Below are positions 23,499 to 36,373 of a DNA stretch of 64,000 nt, one piece after another. The notes under the pieces were generated by a model. The model saw only the letters and a list, made by a program, of their open reading frames with translations, was not told where the DNA came from and made no database searches. Location: NCBI GenBank assembly GCA_951406725.2, contig OX597834.1:41106001-41170000 (forward strand). Direction: 5' to 3'. The stretch is from Octopus vulgaris (lineage: Eukaryota). The stretch's first letter is position 1; every line of letters starts with the position of its first letter. Made by a program: the position numbers and the translations under genes.

Positions 23499-24872
23499 GA
23501 GATGCACCAACAGCACTTGGTTGGTACTCCTTTTCAAATGAGTAGATTTGGAGCAATATGAAATGAAGTGTCTTGCCCAAGGACACAACACGTCACCCAG
23601 TCCAGTAATTGAACCCACACTATCATGATCCTGAGTTGAATACTCTAACCACGTGACCATGTGCCTTAGAGCAGATAGAATAAAGTACAACTTACCTGTA
23701 CAGCTGCAAACAGGTGTCCTTGGTACTTGCTCACGACTGTGAATTCATTTACATCCTTCTCGTCATACCATGCAACAGGGGTCAAAAAATCCCGTGGGTA
23801 TGCCAAACCATTGGGACCTGAAACAATATTAGGGGTCATCCGTTCTAATTAGTTGGTCAGTCAGGCGTTACGTGCGAAGTTGGGGGCTTGCTTACCTCTG
23901 CATGTGTCTGCTGGATCCAGTGGACACTGCGGAGGAAACCTTCATGGTTCAGCAGAGGGGAAGGCAGCTGCAATGATGCATTGTGCAGTGCAGAGAGCAA
24001 GATTATGCAAGCAACACATCTTGATCCCCTGCTGCATCTGTCTTCTTCATCCTCAGCTGTTTTGATCTGGTCTTGCCACTGAATAAAAGATGGTCGTGGA
24101 TGAGAGAGTGAGGTTGATGTTGTCCAACTCTTCCTCACTCTGAACAAAGTCATTACACAAGGTATCAGCCATCCTTAAGCGTAATTAGATGGTACCTATT
24201 TTATCAATTCCCAAAGGATGAAAGGCAAAGTCGACCTCAGTAGAATTTGAACTCAGAACATAAAGAAAGGACCAGTTACTGCAACAGCCTGAGTTTCAGG
24301 GGCCCACAGCTATTTAATATTCTCCCAAAGAGCCTGAGGGACCTACACAAAGTGAATGTAGGTGTTTTCAAATCAAAACTGGATCTCTTCCTGTCGAGAG
24401 TCCCTGATGAACCTACCTCATGGCAGGAGGTGCAAAAGAGGGCAACAACATGAAACTCCCTTATTCCTCAAATGCCACAAACAGTTATATGTTTGGTCCT
24501 GTATAACTGTCCCCATTATTAGGTGTTTTTTTGTATTTGTTGGGATTTTCTTGTGCCCCTTGTTTTTGTATTGTTGAAAAGAAGTTAAAGCAAAAAAAAA
24601 AAGAAAAAAAGGAAAGGGTCGAAGGTGAAATAAATGAAAACTGTTCAAAGTGTTTCTCACCAATTGGTCCAGGGTCGGGGAGGGTGAAGTGTCCATCGTA
24701 GACTTCAAGGATGTAACCACGGCTTTCTCCCTCAACGGAAACACTGAACCGAATACCTTGCTGGAAAGAGAAGGAATACAGTTTTGTGTTATTTATTCAT
24801 TTGATTGTATTCATCATCATCATCACCACCATCATCCTCACCATCACCACCACCACCACCACCACCACCACC

Positions 24873-24903
<31 letters not shown>

Positions 24904-26208
24904 CAAGAATGCTAATAATAGTCAATCTTCACCTGGACAACACAGATTTCATTGTTCTCCACGACCATTTTCCCCATCTCTGTAGTGATGGACAGTGTCC
25001 CCTTTTCAGGAACTATAAAGATACAAAAAAAAAGAAGGTGACAGTGAGAAAAGGAACAAAATATACACTGCAGGTGGGATTGAACCTCAATCAGTTGGTT
25101 CTTTATTCAGACATGTGTATCGGGACCACTACAAAGTCCAGCCTTTGTTGCAGTTTGCTGGCTTGAGTACCTCAATGACCCTGAGAGGGCCTCAGTGCCT
25201 CAATGTCTCAGTGTCTCAATGCCTGAGGAGTCCAAGCTCCTGCTAAACAAGTTAGAAGCCAGACTTATATGGACCACTTTTTCCCAGAGGTGAAAATACT
25301 CTGAGTTCAAATCTGTTTCTTTACTACCCACAAGGGGCTAAACACAGAGAGGACAAACAAGGACGGACAAACGGATTAAGTCGATTACATCGATCCCAAA
25401 GCGTAACTGGTACTTAATTTATTGACCCCGAAAGGATGAAAGGCAAAGTTGACCTCTGCGGAATTTGAACTCTGAATGTAACGGCAGACGAAATACGGCT
25501 ACGCATTTCGCCCGGCGTGCTAACGTTTCTGCCAGCTTGCCGCCCTGCTCTGAGTTCAAATCTCCCTAAGGTTGATAAACATAATGTCAATAAATAAAGT
25601 ACCAGTCCAGTACTGGGGTCGATTCTACTTGTTTCTGGAAGAAACCAATTGTACTCAGACCTGGGGAGGCTTGGGCGCTCCCAAGCTGAAAATGTTGAAG
25701 ACACATTGTGTGTTGTCATGGTACTCTACGTCTACAGTACCATCATAACTAGAGTATGTTATGATGGTACCTCAGGTTTCTATCAGGAGTTGAGGCCCAG
25801 GGAAAAGGATGTGGGTTTATACTCACCAATAAGGAGGTCACCATCAGCTGAATAGAAACATCTGGAAAAGGAAAGAAGAATCTTTGTTCAATAACTGAAA
25901 ATTTCATTAAAAAAATTTTTTAAAACTTGTATTTGTTGTAGATGTTGATTCTATCTATATACTCCATAGTATATAGATGTTAACTATATATGTGTATATA
26001 TATATATACAACGATGAATAGCTTTGCATAAAACATGGTCCGTTTTGTTCTCTTACTTTATTATCATCTTATAATCATCTCATAATAATGACTTTTATGA
26101 CTCGTATTACTACCTCAGTTATTCTAAATGTATATATTTGTCTTTACCTGTCATAAATAGCCTTTTTTTATTTGCAATGTGCATTTTCGTTGATTTTTCA
26201 TATTTTAC

Positions 26209-26256
<48 letters not shown>

Positions 26257-29200
26257 AAGCAAGTATATATATTTATATACATAGTCATTGTATGATTTTG
26301 ACCATACATACATACACACATACATAGTGTGCAGATGTTGATTATTGGATAAACAAATATGTAAATGGATGGGTGAATGGATAAACTAAAAGATTAAATA
26401 GATTAATACTTTTTTGGAATATAATCTCTCAAGGTACATTGCATAAAGTTATAAATCACGGCACAAGAACATTATGCTGAAAATCCCTTTTGGATAGAAA
26501 ATGTCAAAAGCTTCCCATGGGACAGCTTTATGTGATGTGTCTCAAGAGCCTATATTTCAAAAAAAAAAAAAGAAGAGAAAAAAGAAAAAAGGGGAATTAT
26601 CCCACGTTATCTTGAAAGTTTATAAATCTTAATGATGTTAACAAAATAGGTTTATGATGATAGTTAGTCTGAGACAGTTTGTAGATCGAGTGATTTGTTG
26701 ATTTCTCAGATACAGAAGATACGAAATGGTGATTTTAGCAGGATTTGAAAGAAAAAAGAAAAGAGTTTTTTTTGCAAAGTCCATACTTGTTTTCCATGGA
26801 AGTATTACAGGTGTAGATGTGGATAGCAGCACCATGCCGACCACGAGGATCTCCAGCACCACACAATGTTGATATACCCTGAAATAATAATAATAATAAT
26901 GGTTTCAAATTTTGGCACAAGGCCAGCAATTTTGGGGGAGGAGTTAAGTCAATTACACCAACCCCAGTGTTCAACTGGTATTTATTTTATTGACCCCCTA
27001 ATGGATTAAAGGCAAAGTCGACCCCAGTAGAATTTGAACTCAGAATGTATAGATGGATGAAAGGGTACTGACTATTTTGCCTGGTATGCTAACGATTCCA
27101 CCAGCTCACCACCCTAATATTAATAAATAACAACAACAACAATAATAATAATAATCCGTTTTACTATAGGCACAAGGCCTGAAATTTTAGCCCCTTGACG
27201 CCGGTATTACCTGAAGCATGCGAGACACTCTACTGAGGCCACACAAACACACAAGTGCCAACGATCTCACATCTATTTATGTTCACCGTTACAACAACAA
27301 TAACAAGAACAACAACAACAACTCTATTATTCTGACTAGCTGCTGAAATTACACTACTGCTGTCATTAAAATAGCTGTCTTACCTGCACAAAATCCTTCT
27401 TGGATTCTCCCACTTTAGGGATGTCGAATGGCTGCCAACGCGTCTAAATATTGGATTTTGAAAATGAAAAAAGAAAAAAAAATGTTATTCTTTTTCTACT
27501 CTAGGCACAAGGCCCAAAATTTTTGGGGAGGGGGGCAGTCGATTAGATCGATTCCAGTAGGCAACTGGTACTTAATTTATCAACCCCCAAAAGGACGAAA
27601 GGCAAAGTCGACCTTGGTGCAATTTGAACTCAGAACATAAAAACAGATGAAATACCACTAAGCATTTCCCCCTGCATGCTAATGTTTCTTATTTCTTTAT
27701 TGCCCACAAGGGGCTAAACACAGAGGGTTCAAACAAGAACAGGCAAAGGGATTAAGTCGATTATATCGACCCCAGTGCGTAACTGGTACTTAATTTATCA
27801 ATCCCAAAAGGATGATAGGCAAAGTCAACCTCGATGGAATTTGAGCTCAGAATGTAAAAACACTAAGCATTTTGCCCGGCATGCTAACGTTTCTGCCAGC
27901 TTGCCACCTTGAAAGAGAAAACGTTATTGTCATCATCATCATCATCGTCATCATCGTCGTCTTCGTCATCATCTAATATTGCTTTGTCAATAATATGTAT
28001 TTAATCATGCCATCAACAACTGTACAATATCCATATTAGACAAGATTCAGTGTCTGTTTTTTTTTTTACGGCTGGATGCTCTTCTTAACACCAACCACCC
28101 TGCAGAGTGGACTGAATGCTTTTTACCTGGTCATCATCATCATCATCATTGTTCGACCGTGGTCGAGACAATGGAATTTACCATGCTACGCCAGACTTCA
28201 CGGTCCATCATGGCATTATGGAGGTTCTGTTGCTGGATGCCTGAATCCCTGGAGATTACATCAGGGTAGGAGAGTGTGCTCCCTCTGGTATTGCGAGTAG
28301 ATGGCTTCCAGAGGAGAAGAGTAGAAATTACCTCTTTTTCAGCTCTACAACAATGTCCAGCAAACTGGACTCTCCTACCTTTCACAAGAGATGACACAGT
28401 CCTAGCAGAACTGAGGTCAGTTTTGGCATGGTTTTTACAGCTGGATGCCCTTCCAAATGCCAACCACTTTACAATATGGATTGGATGCTTTTTATATGGC
28501 ACCAGAACTGGTAGGGTCACCCTGATATATAATACATATGTATAAAGGTAATACGATAATATATTAAAGATACGAATAATTAATAGGACGTAATTAGATA
28601 TACCTGATTAGGGTTTGGTTCAATGTCATCCCAGTTGTTGGTCAGTAGACCTCGGTCAATCTTTTCAAAAGGATGGTGGACAGCGGATGGTCGCATGCGA
28701 TACAGCCACCTACAATAAACAAGTGACATTCAATATTATTAAAAATGAAGATATATACACATGTAAATGTATATTTTAAAACACACAAATGTGTATATGT
28801 ATATAAAGTAAACAGTCGCATATAACAAACAGTTATATTCTGCACACGTGCACACACACACACACACACACACAAACAGGCACATACACATACACGTACA
28901 CACATATGGTACACACATAGTCTTGACTCTTGGAAAGGTTGCAAGATGCAACGAAAATTTTAGGAAAATAAAAATAAGAAGTAAGTGGAAATTTTACTGG
29001 TGAGTGTGTTAGATTATAAGGCACAAAAAGAAACTGACTCTCCCCAGACACAACAGAACATGCTTCAACACACGAACTCATATAAAGAATCTTGCAAACC
29101 AAATCCAAAAACGAAATATATATTCATATATATACACACACACATGTATGCATATATGCACATACATGCACACACACACACATACACACCCACTCGTCCT

Positions 29201-29954
29201 AACAATGTCAGCTCTGTCACTACCGTCATCACTAATGAAACAGAAGCTGAACTTACGTGCGCTGGTTGCTATTCCTGGGGGCAGTGAATGCTGTCCCTGA
29301 AATCACCTCAGCATACAGACCATGGGGACACTTCTGTGGATTGTTCTGAAATGACAGATAATGAGAAGCTCCAAAAGAACTGAAGGATAATCAAAGGGAT
29401 TAGTGAGAAGAGTGAAGGCACGTGGCTCAGTGGTTAAAGCGTCGAGCTTACAATCGTGAGGTTGTGAGTTCGATTCCCAGACTGGGCTGTGTGTTGTGTT
29501 CTTGAGCAAGACACTTTATTTCATGTTGCTCCAGTTCACCCAACTGTATAGAACTGAGTTGCAATGTCACTGGTGCCAAGCTGTATCGGTCCCTTTGCCT
29601 TTACCTTGGATAACACTGGTGGCATGGAGAGGGGAGGCCGGTATGCATGGGTGACTGCTGGTCTTCCGTAAACAACCTTGCCCGGACTTGTTGCCTTTGA
29701 GGGTAACTCTCTAGGTGCAATCCCATGGTCATTCGTGACCAAAGGGGATCTCCTACTGGTGAGAAGAGTAGTTGGTGGTATGGTATGTTGAGAAGCAGGT
29801 AAAGGGTGATCTGATGCTTGATGGTATGGTATGTTGGGTGAGGGGTAAGAGATGGTAGGATGGTGGTTGAATGGGTGAGTTGGTTGGTATATGAGAGATC
29901 ATAGGATAGAGTGTTGTGGGGTGTGAGATATTGTAAGAAATGTTGGATATATAT

Positions 29955-29985
<31 letters not shown>

Positions 29986-30066
29986 CATATATAAATAAAT
30001 ATATATACACACACACACATACATACATACACAATTGAGTTTGTCTACTCAATTGTGTGTGTATAT

Positions 30067-30126
<60 letters not shown>

Positions 30127-31817
30127 CCATAAGACTACTCAAAAAGCAAGTGTTCCAACAAGAAAATGTCCTTTACTTACCTGTCCCTTCGGTAAAGAGT
30201 TCGGGCATCTTGAGTCTTCGGAGGCAAATTCATTGCCAAAGCCAGACATATACTGTGGATAAAAAATAGAGAATTCTTGTGCTTAGAATATTGGGGTATC
30301 AAGTGTGGGTATCAGATAAGGAAATAGCATAGAGATCAATAAAGTATCTGGCTGAAAGAAGTACTGGAAGTACAAAGTATGTGTACACAGGTTTGTGGGT
30401 CAGAATACATGACAACATGTATGTTTTTAACACTAGTTAAAATACTAGCACTGTGACAGCTGCAGTGCGTGCACTCATACACGCGAGTACTGTCCAAATC
30501 TCCGACCAATCACATACAGCTAGCTGGCATTCAATTGGTGTATTAAATATCAGACATTTTGATTGGGTTTTGGATAGAAAATTCACAAAAAAGTCACTTC
30601 TATTGATTTTTTTAATGGCTTTGCGGGGTGACTGGGGAAATGTAAAGATGTGCACGACCACCCTTGGACGGTTTTGAATGACCATAGAAAGTGTGAGCCC
30701 TCTAACTGAAAAATTGTGGATTTGTATAAAGGACACACACACAGGCAGACATTTTGCCGTTCATATATATAGAGATGTAGGCATATTCATGTATGTAAAC
30801 ATGTGTGTGTGTGTGAGAGACTGACTGAATCATGTACTTTATTTTGACTTGAGTTTCATGCTGCTGTTATTATTAGTTCTTGTCTGACATGTGGTGCAAT
30901 GAAACTCGACCCAGGTTTCATTGCACCACATGCTTGCTGTGAAAGGAATTCAGTTTAAGTAAACCATTTCCTTTATCACATGTAATTAAGTTCTATTTCC
31001 TTCATTCATTTGTTAAACATCAACATTTGAATACACACACACAACGTTTTTGCTGGTGTTTATCTTCATTTCCACTATATATACCCTGTATATCTTTCGA
31101 TTCCTGGACCGGGCGACGTGTTGTGCTCTTGAGCAAAACACTTCATTTCACGTTGCTCCAGTCCACTCAGCTGGCAAAAATGAGTAATGCTGTGATGGAC
31201 AGACGTCCCATCCAGCTGGGGAACACATACGCCATAGAAACCAGGAAACCGGGCCCATGAGCCTGGTTAGGCTTCAAAAGGGCGCACTTATTTATTATTA
31301 TATTATTACTAGTGACACTACTTGGTAAAGTGGTTGACTAAATAGTATACTAGATGTAGAATAGAATGGATAATGAGTTTACTATCAGATATACTCATTA
31401 GGATATTTTTGTATCACCTGAAAGAGAATACCTGCATATTGATTAATCCCCCCAAATTGAATACTGACTTTTATCAGATACTTTGTATGTTTATAGATAA
31501 ATATATAAATATGCGATAAATAAGACCCTAAAGTATGATATGTAGATGCATATAAAGCTATAGGGTTACACCCGATTGATTTGGAAATTTCTTTTCCCAA
31601 ATTTTATTACTCTTTTACTCTTTGACATGTTTCAGTCATTTGACTGTGGCCATGCTGGAGCACCACCTTTACTCGAACAAATCGAACCCAATACTTATTC
31701 TTTGTAAGCCCAGTACTTATTCTATCAGTCTCTTTTGCCGAACCGCTAAGTTACGGGGCCGTAAACACACCAGCATTGGTTGTCAAGCGATGATGGGGGG
31801 ACAAACACAGACACACA

Positions 31818-31879
<62 letters not shown>

Positions 31880-32030
31880 CATATATGCGACGGGCTTCTT
31901 TCAGTTTCTGCCTACCAAATCAACTCATAAGGTTTTGGTCAGCCCGAGGCTATAGTAGAAGACACTCGCCCAAGGTGCCCTGCAGTGGGACCGAACCTGG
32001 AACCATGTGGTTGGTAAGCAAGCTCCTGCA

Positions 32031-32070
<40 letters not shown>

Positions 32071-35000
32071 TAGAGGATATAAAACATTCATGTTAAGAAT
32101 GTAAATGATACATGTTTATAAAGGTGAACCTAATATTTTCTTCTGCCAGAGCTGTTAGACTTTGATGAATGTCAAAACATAACCATTGTTATCTCTGCTC
32201 CCAGACAAGAGATAACAACAGGCATTTATCCACACTTGTTAAAGTCTCACACTCCTGGCTTAAAAACACAAGTTTTATGTTAACATATATAATAAGCCTT
32301 ACATGCATACTGTCTGTCTGTCTGTCTGTATGTAATCATATCAAAATTTACATTTCCAATGTTTTTATTTTTCATTTTGTTCCTGTTGAATTTTATCCCT
32401 AATTTTTGTGGTTATAGAACCTAGCTGTTCTTTCTAGTGTGTTGAATTCCTATATGTGGATTCCTCATGTTTAAATATACACTGTATCTTATGTATGTAT
32501 GTATGTGTGTGTGCATGTGTGTATGTAAGTATGTATGTATGTATGTGTGCATGTGTGTATGTGTGTGTATGTGTGTGTGTTATTATACCCTTGCTTCTGT
32601 GAAGAACATGTCAGGTGGTGGGAAATATTGCCTTATTTGGAAGCTGGCATCTGACGCCTGCGACCATGGAAAAACGAATGCTAAAACAACACTGATGATA
32701 ATGGTGATGACGACAACAACAACAACAACAACAGCGGTATGCTCAATGAATATAAACACCCATCATCACAACAACAACATAGAACTAAGAAACGTTACAA
32801 TTAGTAAAACTATGATAACGACCACCATGATGAACAACAACAACAACTACAAGCACAGCAATTACATCAGCAGGATTCCTTCAGTTTCTGCATATTAAAT
32901 ATTTGCGTTTTAACAAATAATTTTGTAACTTGATAACTTCCTATTATCAGGTAGCAAATTGCAGTAAACAACCTGTCTATCTTAATTTATTTTCCTAATT
33001 ACACCTATTTACTGTATTTATTTACATACATACATACACACAAATTTATTATATTTATTTCCATGCACATGCACATGTGAAGACATGTGGCCAAGTGGTT
33101 GGTTAGGGTGTTGCTTTCACAATTACTAGATTGTGGGTTCAATTCCTGGACCAAGCTGTGTTTTGTGTTCTTGATTAAAACACTTCATTTCATGTTGCTC
33201 CAGTTCACTCAACTCTAAATGGATGACCCTACAATGGACTAGCTTTCTGATCAAGGGAGAATGTTGGCTTACTTGAATTAATTTTCTGAAGAGAATTGAC
33301 AATTAAAATCATAATTGTGTAGTTCTTAATAATTTGCCTTCATTAATCTAAGTTCTAACAACATATTGTTCTGACTAATATCTTATCTTATCTATCTGTC
33401 TGTCTGTTTGTTTGTCTGTTTGTCTATCAGTCTGTCTGTCTGTCTGTCTGCTTGCCTGCCTGCCTGTCGGACTGTCTGACTGTCAATCTATCAATATACC
33501 TGTCTTTCTGTAACACCTCCCCCACCATTGCTGCTGCTGCTGTTCTCATTACCATCTCTGCAAAATTTGAAGTTGTATAAATTCTTGGTACCTCTCCCCT
33601 CTTCTGCCACACGTGACCTCCCATTGAACTTTTCTTTCTCCCCCCTCCACCCCACCGCCAACAAACTGACACACCTACAGACCCACACAGTGGTGGCTTG
33701 TAGTCTGGGGTAGTGGAGTTGACTTACTGATAACCTCATGTAACTATTGGCTAAGCTAACCAACACACACACACACACACACACACACACGCGTGCACCT
33801 TTACTATGGAACCAGGTGTGATGATGAAATTATTTCACACAAAGATAAATTTATAGATAGACACAAACAACAATGGGTTTGTGATCCATGTGCAGCTGTT
33901 GTTGTTGTTGTTGTTGTTGTTGTTGCTATTACAATTGTTATTTTTGTTGTTGCTGTTGTTGTTTCCTTAGTAAATGTGCATACATGTTTGTGTTGTGTTG
34001 TTTGTGTGTGTGTGTGTGTGTGTTTGTTTATGTCTTGCTTTATCTGAGCCACAACTGTGACTTGAACTTATAACCTTGTGGGTGGAAATGGGTGGAGGAG
34101 AGGAGTTGAGACATGTGATGTCGTCTTTGGTGGTTTTTGAACATCCTTTAAGGCCCTCATGCTTTCCGAAATCCGCCGAAACTACACCTGATTGTCCCCC
34201 TTCCATTCTCATACACATATGTGTATGTCATGACTCATGCACTGTTCTTTTCCTGACGCTTGTACATTACCCTATGTACTATGCATACACTTTAGATGAG
34301 TTGTAGTGCACCTGAGCACTGTACACAATGTTTTATTATTATTATTATTATTTTAACAGTTGCACTATTCATACAACTGGCTCTGTAAAAGCAATTACGC
34401 GATGTTCATGCAACTGGCTCTGTAGGAGTAACTTGTATGTAAATGTTTAAGTACACTCTGTGCTCATACACAGGCTCTGTAGAAGTAACAGCTATGTAAT
34501 GTTAAAGTACTGTGTTCATACAAGTGGCTCTGTAAAAGCAGTTACTCTGTATTCATACAAGTGGCTCTGCAGAAGTAGCAGTTGTTGACTGCCATGACAC
34601 TGCATCCTTTAAGGCCCTCATGCTTTCCGAAATGCGCCGAAACTACACCTGATTATACATACACTTTAGATGAGTTGTAGTGCACCTGAGCACTGTACAC
34701 AATGTTTTATTATATATTAATCCCCAAATTAACCAAAATTTAATTGATTTATAATCAAAGCCCTTCCATCCATAGCTATCCAGTTGATTTTTATCTGACA
34801 GTGTATCTTGCATTACATTATTCAAGAACTGTTTGATATTTGTTTTATAAACAGTGCAAAGTACTTCTCACCTCAAGTGACACACAGCTGTTTGGATTGT
34901 CCGGTTTGTGGACATTTAAATGCCTTTTCTAGACCAGCCAGACAACTCACCTGCTTTATTACAAATAAGGTAGATTAGTGTGTCTTCTGGAATGATCTTT

Positions 35001-35369
35001 ATGTCACTTGGGCCAACTGCACGGGGTTGAGTTCTGAGATTTGAAGTGAAGCCAGACTTAGAAAAACAAGTCTTACCACACATTGGACAACTGAAGAATG
35101 ACACCGTTTCTTTGTTTAGCAACTGATTAGTTTGCCTTGATTCTCTTTTAATTTTTAATTTTTATTTTTTTACTTGTTTCAGTCATTTGACTGCGGCCAT
35201 GCTGGAGCACCGCCTTTAGTCGAGCAAATCGACCCCGAGACTTATTCTTTGTAAGCCCAGTATTTATTCTATCGGTCTCTTTTGCCGAAGCGCTAAGTGA
35301 CGGGGACGTAAACACACCAGCATCGGTTGTCAAGCAATGCTAGGGGGACAAACACAGACACACACACAT

Positions 35370-35416
<47 letters not shown>

Positions 35417-36302
35417 TACGACAGGCTTCTTTCAGTTCCTGTCTACCAAATCCACTCACAAGGCATTGGTCGGCCCAGGGCTATAGCAGAAGACACTTGC
35501 CCAAGATGCCACGCAGTGGGGCTGAACCCGGAACCATGTGGTTGGTAAGCAAGCTACTTACCACACAGCCACTCCTGCGCCTATATATATATATATACAC
35601 GACGGGCTTCTTTCAGTTTCCGTCTACCAAATCCACTCACAAGGCATTGGTCGGCCCGGGGCTCTAGCAGAAGACACTTGCCCAAGATGCCACGCAGTGA
35701 GACTGAACTGCGCGAAGGTTTCAAAATTTTTAACCCTAGACCAGATCTTCTCATCTTATTTATTTCTGTTTAAGAGTAAAGGTTCAACATCTTTTTATGG
35801 TGTCTATTCAACTCTCCAAGACTTGGTTCTTTAACAAGTCTTTTTACTCTCTTTTTGGTTTCCACTGTTTTTGCTTCTCAGCAGATAGCTTACCACACAC
35901 ACACACACACACATGCACATTGATGCACACACACGTGCACATAAATGCATGTATGCATGCACGTGCACACACACACACACATTCGTCAAGGACATGTGAG
36001 TTGTACACTGGGACAGTGTGGTTGGGTAGATGTGGGGGGAGATGTGTAGGGAAATATACGTCTGCGGGTGTATAAACAGAGTGATGGGTGAGGGGGGGAA
36101 GTGTCATACACCATGTCAGCTTTATTGGACATTTTGGTTTCAACACTGAATGTGTGTGTGGTGGGAGGAGTGAAAAAGTGCTGAGGAGGAGGAGGAGTAA
36201 CATAATGTCTACCCTAGTGTGTTTACGGGGGTGGGTGGGGACGTAAACACACCAGCATCGGTTGTCAAGTGACGTTGGTGGGGGACAAACACAGACACAC
36301 AA

Positions 36303-36373
<71 letters not shown>

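Noticed and set aside
24650-25166. Poly-His/poly-Thr ORFs on +
   Set aside because: CAC microsatellite in HGD intron 8 plus the antisense of HGD exons 8-9.
34368-34582. Repeat-spacer pattern resembling CRISPR
   Set aside because: Repeats are degenerate, spacers are irregular and partly similar to each other, and the context is a eukaryotic intron.
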